Part shown: in pieces, positions 49,288 to 62,655 of the stretch
Position numbering within the stretch: the first letter of the stretch is position 1
Layout of the letters: every line of letters begins with the position of its first letter
Source: Flaccisagitta enflata
Taxonomy: Eukaryota
Length of the DNA stretch: 64,000 bases
NCBI GenBank assembly: GCA_965153355.1
Contig: OZ231126.1
Location: 9,982,001-10,046,000 of the forward strand
Direction: 5' to 3'
Notes under the pieces: generated by a model
Told to the model about the DNA's origin: nothing
What the model saw: only the letters and a program-made list of their open reading frames with translations
Databases searched by the model: none
Program-made: the position numbers and the translations under genes

Positions 49288-51154
49288 CGCCGGCGTCGCT
49301 TCTACATTGCCGATTTTTTTTTTTGTCGATCAAACAATCGTTACATGATTTTCTCTGCAACCAGTTTCTAAAATATCGTGTCCTTCCATCGAATAAATTG
49401 TTAATCACAAGAGTCCATTTTCATTTATTCACCGTTAACCATGGAGATATGGTCCATAGCATTGAGTCAATATAGTTAAGGCCCCATAACGGTTTTTCCC
49501 ACAGAACGCCAATTCTAATTCCTGTGTTCGTCTTTAGAAAGGACGGGAGAAAGAGCGAGAGAGGGAGAGAGATGGAGTTAAAGGGGGAAAAATGTAAAAA
49601 ACTAATTTATGAATCCAACTGAATAACATTGAAATGACCGGGGCGACACTGAGAGCTAATCAACGATGTTATAGAAAAGGGGGAAAGGAGGGTTAAACGG
49701 AGGAGGATGAAATAGTAGATTACGAAACTAACTTTGTGTGTGTTTTCTTCTTAATAGATGAAACAAAAGTAAAATACTGTTTGGATGTCGAGAAAAAAAA
49801 AAAGAAATGTGTGTAGCGAATAATGATCCGACCGTCTTTTTTTATAAACTTTATAACTAAAAAGGCAGATTGGTAAACTGACCTACATCTGCCGAGGAGT
49901 AACAGACTGGTAAACGGCCACCTACATCTGCGCGAAGCTCTATTTATATACTTTGAGTATATATTTATCAATATATGTATGGATAAAATGCACCACGCTC
50001 GGCAACCGTGCCGAGCTCAACAAAATAGAAACTCGATTTCATAGATAACTTTTTGCCAAAAATTTAAGACACGATTTAGCGTTGGGAATTGGCTGTAAAT
50101 TGGTAATTCAAAAACAAAATGCCTTTTCTTCAATTATTAGCGGGTTAAAAATAGAATCGCTGTACAAAGTAAATAGAGTAGCACACCACTTTTTTGCATA
50201 GAATGAAATATATAGAGAGATATAAATGTATGCTTTATCTGTAAATGAACTGTCATTATTTTATCTAAGCAAATATTGAAAATTGCCGGCGTAACCTGAA
50301 AGCATAACGGCTGGAAAGACCGAACACTGAGGAATCATCTTTTTTAAACTAAATCTTTTTAAAGCTAGATCTTTTTAATGAGTTAAAAGAAAAAGGACAT
50401 GAAAGACATGAAAGAAGAGTGCATGACGCGAATACAAAATGCAAAAGTGCCCGTTCATGTGAATTATCAAAAACATTCCCGTTATAACGAGGATTTGCCT
50501 CAAGTTTTTTTGTTTTTGTTTTTTTCTATTTTTACTTTTTGATTCTTTAGAGTGCGAAACAAAAATAAAAGAAGTCATAAGCGTAACAGATTTTCACATC
50601 GATGAAGTATATAAAAAAATAAAATCATCATTGCATTGTAAAAGTGGAACCCTCATGTCTAAATTGCAGGGTTTTCGGACGGGAACTAAAAACACTCGTT
50701 GAAAAGCTATACGAATAGCTATTTCGATATAGCTGTCTAATAGCTGTCTAATAATTTCCAACAACTTCAAAAAGCAAAGGTCAACGAATATTCTCTCAAA
50801 ATCCGAGGTTTTGTTTCTTCTTCAAAACGACGAACTCAAGAGATGGTTCAAGAGGACTACAATCAAAAACAGAGCAGTTGTGAAAACAACAACAACAACA
50901 ACGACCATAGGGTGTAAAAGCCAACATGAAATTGGAAAGGGAGAAGTAGTGGAGGAAGAGAGAGAGAGAGAAGGAGAGAAGTGTAGGAGGTAATAGAAGA
51001 GGAGGAAAAGGACAAGGAGAGACAAGGGCGAAGGGGGACAAGGGGAATTGTGGGGGAAAACCACCATGCAGAACGAAGAAAGGTTGGAGAAGCTAGAAGG
51101 CTGGAGTATGAAGGAAAGGAGATCGACTTAATGACTAAACAACAACAACTATTA

Positions 51155-51552
<398 letters not shown>

Positions 51553-52168
51553 GGCACGCACGAAGGATCGCACGGTACAATGAAGTAAAGCAGTGGTAGT
51601 ACAGTTCCCATTTCAGTGACCATCCAAGCGGAGGCCAAGTCCATACGCCAAAGTATCTCATATCAGATCATCGCTAAGCCAACAAGAGATTGCAGTCACC
51701 ATCGCTGTCTGAACGTGACATCGCTACTGTGAATCATGTTCTTTCTCAATGTCAATTAATTTCTTTTGATAAAATCACCATGATCGTTAGACAGCCCAGG
51801 ATTATATCTGTTTTTAAAAAAGTCTGCATCCTCGCAGCGAATCTTGATCAAAATTCACCGTAGAATCCGAAAATGGCATCAAAAATTTTCTAAAATGGCG
51901 CTAGATGGCGGAAGTGGGCGTCTAAATGTGGCGCACCACTTCCGGTTTGGGGAAAATGACGGTTTTTGGCCGAGAAACCTGTAGCGCACATAGATACCTT
52001 AACTAGTCAGTGTATCAAGTAGGAGGGATGATATTCTCGATAAACCCTGACCCGCATAGGCAAAAAAACGCGTTTGGATGTGGCGCTCCACTTCCGGTCC
52101 GGGTTAAATTGCCATTTTAGCATGAAATTTAGCTGAGCGCACCTTTTACAGAAACACGCGCTCGCACT

Positions 52169-52206
<38 letters not shown>

Positions 52207-52313
52207 CACAGCAACATGTTTTAGAAGCCATTCTATACCGTAAGTTATCCACGTTGTAGTCATTAATTGTTATGAAAATACAAATTACGAGCCAAAATAT
52301 CGGGAAACTGCAT

Positions 52314-52617
52314 TTTTAGTCGCGGACACGCGTCTCTACACCTTGCCGTCTTGGTCGATACAAAAGTGGGACACATTTTTGAATTGCAAGTGGTTTTTGC
52401 CTTACTGCTCCCGCCCAACCGTCCCCAACTGGATTGTCGAGTATCCGACCATGTTCATTTACTACGCTTATTCAAAACAAAGCCGGATATACGGCAATCC
52501 AGTCGCGGATGGTTGGGCAGGAGCAGTAGGGCAAAGACCGCTTGAAATGCAAAATGTTATGGAGGGACTGACAGACCGGAACGGCAAGGTGTAGAGTCGC
52601 GTGTCCGCGACTAAAAA
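52314..52617. mobile_element. Short element with inverted ends TTTTTAGTCGCGGACACGCG(T/A)CTCTACACCTTGCCGT (HINE/DINE-like family)
   Basis: ~36-bp inverted match. Related GTCGCG..CGCGACTAAAAA ends occur at ~53210, ~54070, ~54490 and ~54850. Confidence 0.6.
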
Positions 52618-53321
52618 AGACGCACTTTTGTAATTGGCAATTAAACCGGTTCAAGAAGCTCCACAAACATTTATTAGACAAACTGATTTTAAAGATTTTC
52701 AAAAATCTCTCATTCTAGAGCTAGAGCAAGAGTAAGTCAAAGTGGAAGACCATTATGCTAAAATGCATTTTTTCTATGGAACTGCAAAAATTAAATAAGC
52801 AAAGTTTTTACTCAAACTATGCCATTCCCAAACGAAAAAAAGATAGAAATGCCAGATTGACGCCAAATGAAAGTATTACCAAGAGCTTTCTAACGACCCA
52901 GAATTTTTATATGTTATGAGTTCCAATTGCCCCATCAGCCTTTCATTTTGTTTCAGAGCGTGGGTTCCGCAATTTAAATCAGTCTGATCGTCAAATCGAA
53001 TCTATGCTAGCCAGAAAAAACGTGGTCATTAGACCTAAGTCGCATGCGTCGGCACCTTAAACAAACAATCTTTTTAAAAAAAAAAAATATTTGAAATGGT
53101 TGCTTGCTCTCCAAAGACATAAACACGACGAATAGCCTTTAAAACGACTTTGACGGACAGATGGACCAATGGACCGATGGACGGATCAAAAAGTGGCTTA
53201 TATGGTCGCGTAGCATGCGACATAAAAAATCAACCTGATACATTTGTGTTATGGTGACTCAGGCCCACAAAGATTGTTCAGAAACGCCAAAAATTGACCC
53301 GACTAATCCACCAGTCGATTA

Positions 53322-54045
53322 CACATAGACGCAAAATAGAGCATGATGAGGCGCCAAAAGCAAAAAAAAAAAAAAAAATGGCAACCCCCCCCCCTACAGC
53401 CAAATTGGCTGACTGAAATTTTCTATTGAAAGTTATTTTGAGGAACTAAGGGGAATACTACTCGACTCAATAAAAAAGCCGCACTTATAAATAACAAAGT
53501 GTCATACTAATTTTTAAAAAAAAGTAATCAAAATCTTAGACTATTAGAAAGCTCTTGAAAAGATCATTCATTTGGCGCCAATCTGGTATTGCTATCTTTT
53601 TTTCGTTTAGAAATGGCATTAGTTAAAGTAAAAACATTGCTTATTTCAGTTTCACAATCCTTATGAAAAAAGTGCAATTTAGCAAAATAGTGCTTTTCTT
53701 TGCAGAGCTCTAGCTCCTAAACCGTTTGTGATACAGATCTGGAATTGGTCTAGAATGAAAGAAAATTCAAAAATCTTTTAAATCATTTTAACAGAATTTT
53801 TAATTAATTTTTTTTTCTCATATATCAACTCAAAATAGGGTGCAGCTTTTTTTTTTTTAGTCGAGTAGTACAAATGGCGTCATCAGAGCATTAATTTCAA
53901 AATTCCCTCTCATGACGCCATTCATTTTCCCCATAATCACCCAAAACATCTTCAAAAAGAATTTTGACACAGCCAAATTAGCGGTAAGGGGGGGGGGGTG
54001 CTAAAGCGTTTGGCGCCTCATGACACTGTAATTTGCGTCCATGTG
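53322..54045. mobile_element. TA-flanked MITE, itself interrupted by a second MITE (53458-53868)
   Basis: TA|CACATAGACGCAAA..ATGAGGCGCCAAA pairs with TTTGGCGCCTCATG..TTTGCGTCCATGTG|TA. Confidence 0.7.
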
Positions 54046-55759
54046 TAGTTCGTGACACCTCTGGCGTATGGTCGCGCTCCCGTGACTAAAAATCGAATCA
54101 TGGCGTTAGTTGGCGCCATGAGAGTCAGATACGATTATACGAAGACTTCCGAGTTCCAATGCTGAAAGACAGCGTCGGCAGTCGGCACGCCTTGTCCGCG
54201 TCCTGTTTCTTCATTTCTCATAGATTAAAATATTAAACAAACTTGTAACCATTTCTAGTTAAGAAAATTATCGCTGGAAAGCGACTGTTTTCCGCTCTAA
54301 AACGAATTTGATTTACATATTGTTACTGGTATTTACTGTTATGAGCAGACTGAGCAGTTGATATGTATACATAGAAATATAAACAAACACTTATGAGACG
54401 ATCAGGAAATAGTGAAACAAGGCCAGATACCTGGCCAATACCAGTGGCGGACGGGTAGGCAGGACCAACGAAGCCTCTTATCAAGTCGCTAGTCCGCCAC
54501 TAAAAAAGGAATGATAAACAAAATCGTAAGAAAATCCCAAAAATTATCTTAACTTTGAACCCACAGACGAGGGTCTAATTTTTTTCCTTCTGCGAGCTTT
54601 ATAGTATAAATTATAAAGATATGATAGAGGACATTTTATTCTGTCAGAAACTGTTTTCAAAAAAATACTTTCTCCCACGCACACCCTTACCGATCGCGTC
54701 GTTTCATGGCAGGATAGTATAACAAGACCAACATCTATAAGTCGTGTGCACGTACATTTAGAATGATTTGTATAAAAATTAACGAAAAAAGCTTAAGTGT
54801 GACAGACTGACCAACCGACCAACGGACGGAAAAAGGGGGGTGTAGCTGCATGCACGCGACTAAAAACTACCGAGTGGCTTTAAAGCTTAAGAAAGAAATT
54901 CGCGAAAACGGACGAAGATTTTAACCCGATTTGTTTTATGAGCAATGAACATGAACGTGAGAGCTTCCGGCGTTGGTGAGAAAATTTGTTTGAAATCACA
55001 TGTACACTCAGACCGGAAGTGGCGCGTCACTCAAATTAGTGCGTCAAAGGCACCCTGCCACACAAACGTGATTTTAGATTTATATTGATGTACTGAGTTA
55101 TTTTTAAGAGTGCGCTATGCTCAAATATAGCAGAAAATTGTCAAAATCTGGCCAAAAATCGCTATTTTAACCAGACCGGAAGTGGTGCGCCTTCCAAAAA
55201 AGGTGCCAGAGGTACTCAAACGAATTCATCATATAAATTTAATGTTTTTCAGGACAGTTTGAGGTTGTGTTTCGCTTTAAGATGTGCGCTAAGGCTAAAT
55301 ATAGCTGAAAACTGTGGCTAAAATGAAACCGGAAGTGGTGCGCCACATTCAGACGACCACTTCCGCCATCTAGCGTTATCTTAGAAAATTTTGGTTGCCA
55401 GATTCGGATTCAGCGTGGAATTTTGGTCAAGAATCGCTGCGAGGATGGGTACTTTGTTAAAAAGAGACATATTCTGGGCCGTCTAATGATCGTTATGATG
55501 ATTTCTATCATCAGCGACAACATATCTTCCTCTTCCAAAATTACTTAAAACATAGTTCTCCATCTTCACCTCCCGAATGGAAACCAACCAATTTAGAGAA
55601 ACACGAGCAGGATGGATGACTCGTAGTAGATAATTTGCATGAACGCCCAATTATCCATGTAGTTGTCATCAAAATCAAGATCGTGAGGATCCTCGTTATC
55701 GCCCTCTTTGTTTTCCATATCAACTTTGTAGGCAGACTCCATGATCGTCATGACCGTCA

Positions 55760-58025
55760 TTACACGCCAAAAATGGCACCCAAAACCATCACCGCCGTCA
55801 TCATCATCGCCGCCGTCCACCGTCGTAGCCCGCAGCCATCGTGGCATCCAGCCGCGCCTCCTGTGCTTTGCCCGACGCCGGCTCGCTCTCGCTTCTCGTG
55901 TCCACCGGCGCCGGGCAGAGGACTGATGTCCGGTTTAAGGGGATTTAGAGGATCGAAGGAAATGTCGCCGCCGCCGGAAGAGGCGCCGTTGGAATCCACC
56001 GACGACCACTCTCCTCTTCCTCCTTCTGCGCTGCCTTCCCAACCTTCGCCACTTCCGTATTCAAACTCGTAATCTTCGTCATCGACGCCGGCGCCGTCAC
56101 CGGATGTCACTTGCAAGTCGTCATCGCCCGATCCAACTTCGTTTCCACCACCACCGCCTCCTCTTCTTCCTCCTCCTTTTCCTTTGCCCCTTCCGGCTCC
56201 TGTTCCTCCTCTCAAGCCGCCCGCCGTCCTCGCTTCGAATCTCGGTTCGGGATCGTCGTTGAGCACGGCCTCGGCCTGCCAATCCACTTCGATCCCGTCG
56301 TAAGCCTGCTTCATTTTGGCCGAGATGTCGCGCAGCGCGGTCAACTGCTGGGAAACGACGACGTCGTGGCTTCCAGCGCCGCGTCGACGGGCGGAGCGTT
56401 TCGTCGAAGCCACTTCCGACAATCGACTGTAAAAGGCCACAGTTTTGTCGTTCTTGACTGAAGAGGATGATGATGATGAGACCGATGAGTCATCATCATC
56501 GTCCTCAGATTTGCTACCTATCGCTCCTCCTCCCACTCCGCCCCCGCCGCCGCCGCGTCTTTCGTAATGCCCTCTTCTGCTGCCATTCCAGCAGTTGTCC
56601 CCGATGTCTGTCGGGGCTGACAGCGTTTGTACGACGTCGTGGTCGCACAGCGCGTGTGGCACGTGGGACCAAATCCCACGTCCGGCTTTCACTTTATTTT
56701 TGATATCGCGCACTAAGTTGGCCAAGGATTGGCCGCCGGGCTGAGAGATCAGCGGCTTGTTCCGATGCGATCCCTGCCCGCCGCTTTTGTTCTTATGTTT
56801 ATTGTTGTGTTTGTTTTTTTTGCTGTTATGACGATTTGGGTGGTCCATTTCCGTAGTGCCCTCATCGATGGATCCTTTGCGTTTAGAGCGAGATTTCTTT
56901 CCTTTCGTTTCATCGCTTCCCGCAGATTCTTTATCCTCATCTTCCTTTCCACTTACATTTTCAGTTCCTAAGGCAGATGACTCGTCGTCGATAAACATAA
57001 CGGAATCGTCGTCTCTTACATCCAATTCTACTTGGTCATTGTCGTCATTGTGACTGCTTGCTGTCGTTGTTTGCTGTGAAGTTTGATTTCTTGCCGTCGA
57101 CGTGAAAACAAATTCTTCATTTGTCGTCGTTCGTTGATTCTTCTTCTTCCTCTTCTGTCTCTTCTTCTTCTTGTGACCGGCGGTCTTCGGCTTAGACTTT
57201 TCCGCCTCTTCTTCCTCGTCCTCATCTTCCTCTTGATCCTCGGCGCTGCGCCTTTTGCGATTATGATGCCTGGGAGTGCCACATATTTTGAAGATTCTCT
57301 TGGAAATGGCAGCCGAGTTTTCCTGGACATTCATGATGGCGTCTGAAATGGTGTAGTCGATCGGATTGACGACTTTCTCGATGTTGAATGGACCTTCCAA
57401 TCGATCGCCCAACTTTAAGATCAAATCTGTGAATAGAGGGATGATGAAAAGACTTAAGTAAAGCTAACCTGCTGCAATATGTAAATAAATCTAGTCTCGA
57501 GGATACATTCAAATTCTTAAGCGTCATTGGAAAGATGACTGACAAACAACGTAGGTAGTAGGTGGTTAGGTGTTAATATGTTCCGTCATTATGCAAATGA
57601 ATCTTTCTTCGAGTTAATCAAACGCTCTGAATTTGCAATTAATAGTTCACCGATGTAACGATCCCAGGCCTGGTCGATGGCGGCGTGGCGTTGTAGACAG
57701 AGTTTCATGACATCGAGGCAAAGGCGGTTGCAGGGTTTGAGAAAGGGCAGGCCTTGACAATAGGAGCAGTAGAGACTCCTCATGACGGCCTCTTCGCAGT
57801 CGGGACTCGGAGACAGATCGGACATTTGATCGACGACTTCACGACCGACGGACAGACCCTGAACGAAAGCCCGGGCAGCCACGAAAGATCGACGAAGATC
57901 CGAAGTCAGTCGCTCTGAGAGATCAGAATTTAAGGGGATGAGGAAGTGAGATATCAAAAGAAGAAAAGGCGGTGATATTGGGAGATACGCGAGAGAGAGC
58001 GAGAGAGAAAGAGAGCGAGAGCGAG

Positions 58026-58092
<67 letters not shown>

Positions 58093-59316
58093 AGAGCGAG
58101 AGTGGAAATAGATAATCTTTGAGAGGAGCTAGGGAGAAGGAGACGAAAAAAGAACTAGAGGGATAGGATTAGAGAAAGCAAACATCGATATTGGAATTGG
58201 AGAAATAGTTGGGGGTGTGAAAGGGGAGACGAAATGGAATAAAGGAGGAGGAGGAGGAGGAGGAGGAGCAAAGTGGGTGAAATAAATGTGGAAACGAGTA
58301 TGAGGAAGAAACGAGTAAAAGAATAAACGGCAGCACAGAATGAACAAAAGTAAGTCACGCCGCGCCAGGCCCTTTCCGCAGTTATAGAAGTCCGCAGTCA
58401 ATTGTCAATTGGCGATTCGAATCATTCAACTTTTCAAAAGACTCTCACCGGGCACGTCGCCAAAAGGCTGCAAGTCGTCCATTTGATTCGCGACGCAGGC
58501 TAAATAAGCACCATCCAAATAATACTGCGCGTTGAGTAATTGAAACATTTTCTGGAGTAAAGTGGCGAAAAAGTTCTCGAGAACGTCGGTGAGAATCACT
58601 TGGTGTTGGCTGCCACCTCCACCTCCTCCTCCGCCTCGGTAATACGCGCGCAAATCGGCGAACAAATCGGTGAACACGTGCGAGTTTTGGCGGTAAAGCA
58701 GACCGTAGGTCGTGACGAACATTTTGTTCAAATCGAATTCGGCGGCGTCGAGTAATTTGTTGAAATACGAGTCGAATTCCGAGGCGTACGAGTAAGTCTG
58801 CCGCAAATGCGAGAGGGCGTTCGTCACGGCCGACAGCAAGTCGCTTCGAGACCGATTCAGCAACTCACGCTCCACCGAGTCCGTGCAGCAACTGTGAGCC
58901 GAGGAACAAACGAGCAAATCGCGACCGTCGATCGGATGCTCGGGGATGTCGGAGGACGGGAGGGCGAGCGCGCCGTAGGCTACGCGGACCGCGGCGCAGG
59001 CTGAAGAGGAGGATGCGGAGGAGGAGGAGGATGCCGAGGAAATGAGCGACAGGATAACGAAACCGACGACGAAATATAACGAGGTGAGTGAGGAGAGTAA
59101 TCGAGAATTATTTTTATCATTATTGTTGTTGTTATGATTATTATTGCCAAAGCCGCGAGGATTAGTCTCGAGAACTAAAACACGCGGACAATCGCCACTG
59201 CGAGAGCAGCCACCGCCACCTATTCTGACGCCGCTGCGTGCAGGATCGCGAGATGAACCGGTAGAGCAACAGCGGCAGCAAGACCTCCGACTAGATTTAA
59301 AGCTGGATTCCGTCAT
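55760..59316 (-). CDS. Glypican (GPC4/6, dally-like type)
   Basis: Exons 59316-58449, 57914-57651 and 57426-55760. Contains LLVCS..SCCT..E, MFVTTYGLLY.QN, LQPFGDVP, RSFVAARAFVQGL, CSYCQGL..KPC..LC, RLEGPFNIE.V..PI..ISDAIMNVQEN and CWNG, plus Ser-Gly attachment sites and a hydrophobic GPI signal. Confidence 0.92.
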
Positions 59317-60519
59317 GGTTACAGTGTATTTACAATGCAACGAAAAATACGAGGATGAGTAAACCGTTTGATTTGATGAGTTACGATCTCGAAGTGGTCA
59401 CGATTCAATTTAGAACATGTAAAGGTATTGTTGTTCTGAGTTGTGGAAAGATGGAGGGAATGTCTGTGTCTGTTATTTGCATCAAAGTAAGATCCAAGCG
59501 CTGAGCAGGATCGAGCCTTGGAGATTAACGTAGCAATCGGAGTAGCAGGTGTTGAGTAAGAATAATAACGGGCCCGGTTACGCAGAGCCCATTGAGCGTC
59601 ATTGTCAAAATGGCAATTTACAGTTAACCTCCATAGTCACGCGGCGATGTATAGACATTCTATCTCGTAAAGATATCATGATGCTATGCGTTTGTTTCTT
59701 AATCTTATTTGTTTTACTGGGTAACGATAATGACGGGTACCATCGATGTTTTACCTCTTATCAGGTAACCATGGTCGGTTGCTTCTTTTAAGCCTGACCT
59801 AAGAAAAGAAAATTTTTTCCAAGATATGAATCTTTGCAAACTATGATTCACTATCTAATGAAAAGACAAAAGAACACTACTCGCTTTCATGACGGAAGAA
59901 AAACTACGATTTCTTTCATATATCATTTTCAACGCGGATGAAATACTACTACAGGGCGGAAAACTGCGGCGAAACATTTCAACATTCCGTATCATATCTT
60001 TTTGATAACTTTTAAATAATCATAAATGTCATAAAATTTGGAATAATAATATTTGTAAGTAAGAAAACCGGAAGAGAAAAAAAGAAAATTGTTCGGTGGT
60101 CGAAGCACGATTGAGAAAAAAAAAGACATGTAAAATGACAAAGTCACTTCAGATGATCTGTCAAATAAAGCAGACAGTTTTTGATCCCGTGGTCATGGCA
60201 TGGTATGTGTATATAAAATCCCAGTCCGTAAAAAGACGATGATAAAGATAATGATAACTGTTATTTATCACGAATATGGCGATTATCGGCGAATTGATTC
60301 CCGCGCGTTTTGCCAGGATTGTATATGAAACTACGATCGAGTGAAAGAACGGACGAACAAACATACGGTTCAACCACATTAAATTCAACATTCTACCACA
60401 GAAGCAAGAGAGCGCGAGCCGTTTCCAAACAAGATGTAGTTGTTTCTAATTTATGAAATGTCCGGGCAATCAAAGGGCTTCCTTGCTGTCATCCTCCTTA
60501 CTCCTACTTCCCTTCCTCC

Positions 60520-62592
60520 TCAAAGCTCGTCATGAGGCGCGTCTTCGTCGTCGACTTCATCTTCTTCTCCCTCTTCCATCTCGTCTCCTCCCTCAAAGTC
60601 TTCCTCATCCTCTTCGGCCTCTTCCTCCGCGCCCGCGGTTCCGCCAGACTCTAAGAACTTCGTGAAACCCTCAAGAGTCCGATCTCCGTGATAATCCACG
60701 ACTTTACCCTCGGCACCTGATGATAGAAAGGGGGGGGGGAAGAGAGGAGAGAGAGGGGAAGAGAAGGGGCGAAAAGCGGCGCAAGGCAGTAACGGTGAGC
60801 AAACGCAATTGGGAAAGGGGAGGAGAGAGAGGGGGATGATGGGTGTTTTAAAATGAGTCATAACAACGAGAGATGGGTCCTGGGTAGAAATGAATCTCTC
60901 TATTGGTCTACATTTACGAAACTTTTTTCAGTACTCACCAGCAGGGAAGTATTTAATGGTGGGAAATGAGTGAACTTTGACGTCTTCCAGCTCGTTGGCG
61001 GTGGAATCCATCTTGGCGATGACGATGTCTTCTTGATCTTGGAACTTCTCGCCGAGTTGGTCCCAAATGGGCGCCAACTGTTTGCAGTGTCCGCACCAAG
61101 GAGCGTAGAATTCCACCAACACGTTCTTGGTCGGATCTTTTGCCACGGATTCAAAGTTTTTGCCGACCAACACTTTAACCGGCGCCGCGTCCCAATCAGC
61201 AGGAATCTTGAAGGAGAGGAAGATGGATTCTTACTCACGCGCAAGTAGACAAGCAATAAATGAACGAAACAATCCAACACACAATCCAACAAACCAACAC
61301 ACAATCTTACAAACGAACACACAATCCATCAAACCAACACACAATCTAACAAACCAACACACAATCCAACACACAATCCAACAAACCAACAAACAATCCA
61401 ACAAACAATCCAACTAGCCAACACACAATCCAACAACCCAACACGCAATCATACAAATCACACTAACAAACCAACACTCAAACAGACCAACACACAAACC
61501 AACCAACACAAAAATCAACCAACCTAAAAACCAACCAACACACAATCAAATCAACACAAAATCAAACCCACACACAAAATCAAGCAAACTAACACACAAT
61601 CAAACCAATCAAAACATCCAGCGCAAACACTATCAATGGAACCAACTTACAAACTAGCACGAAGACACAACCCACACACTCATTCACACAACTCATGCAG
61701 ATACACCTTCAAACCCACACACGCAAAAACGAATCCAAACCTCTTCGGACATGAGGAACGGTTTGAGTTTGCCGTCCTTAAAATCTTGAACAAAAGCTGA
61801 GATTCCTTCGCCGGTGAGTTGGACTCCTTCGGGTTTGAATTTGGTCATGTCGTCTCCAAGGTTGATCAAACGGATGGTCGGGCAGTCGGCGGCGGTCAGA
61901 CCGAAGAATTCGAGGATGCGTTCGTTCTCCGCGTCGGCCACGTTGATGTAGATGAACAAGACGCTGCCTTTGTGGTTCTTCGCCGCGGCGCTGAATTCAC
62001 CCGTCAACTTCTCGAAATCGGCGGCCGACTTTCGAGAAAGGGAGGGGGGGAATCGGAAAGGGAGGGGAAGGGTGAATAGCACGTTATAGAGGAAGACAGT
62101 ATTGACACTAAGGACAAATCGAGGTAGAAGATAAGGGGAAAATAAGATATAAGGGGAAAAAGATTAAAGGACAGAGAAACGACAATCGCGTTAAGTTAAC
62201 ATGTGATCACAATTGATGGCTAAAGTGCCAAATATTGGAGAGACAAAGGAAAACTAAGGGTTTCTGGAGGGTATTGGAGATTAGAAAAGAAATCATCGAC
62301 TTGGCTTAGGCTGACCGGCCTACATAGATAAAGGCAAATTTTCATGTGCTTACCTTATCGACGAAGAGCAAGAGATGATTTTTGATGTCTCCTCCGAAGA
62401 TCTTTTGCGCGGATTCTTGCGTGAATTCGATGACGAGCGGAAGAGAGTTTTCGGCGACGTGCTTCTTGACGGCGTCGACGGTCAAGTCGGCCGTTGACAA
62501 CACGTTGCGGCCTTCGTCGAACTTCTTGAAGAGCACCACCGCGTCACCGTCGACAGACTGGGAGGCGGCCACTTCCGCCGAGGACACGACGC
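60520..62592 (-). CDS. P4HB: Protein disulfide-isomerase, 3' exons; gene begins right of the window
   Basis: Exons 62592-62354, 62028-61741, 61206-60939 and 60716-60520. Contains [48 protein letters not shown] and an acidic tail ending HDEL. Confidence 0.93.
61265..61690. repeat. A/C-rich low-complexity intronic repeat (ACCAACACACAATCCA-like)
   Basis: Directly visible in a PDI intron. Confidence 0.85.
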
Positions 62593-62655
62593 CTGATGAA
62601 GAAAGACGCAAGATTTCATTATACAAAAGTGGGCTTATTAGAATGCTCATCAATT

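Larger units (their letters stand above)
51788..55485. mobile_element. 3.7-kb non-autonomous hAT-type element containing nested MITEs
   Basis: Ends TAGAC(A/G)GCCCAG with ~160 bp of inverted homology. 8-bp TSD ATGATCGT at 51780-51787 and 55486-55493. Subterminal CCACTTCCGG/CCGGAAGTGG repeats; no transposase ORF. Confidence 0.85.
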
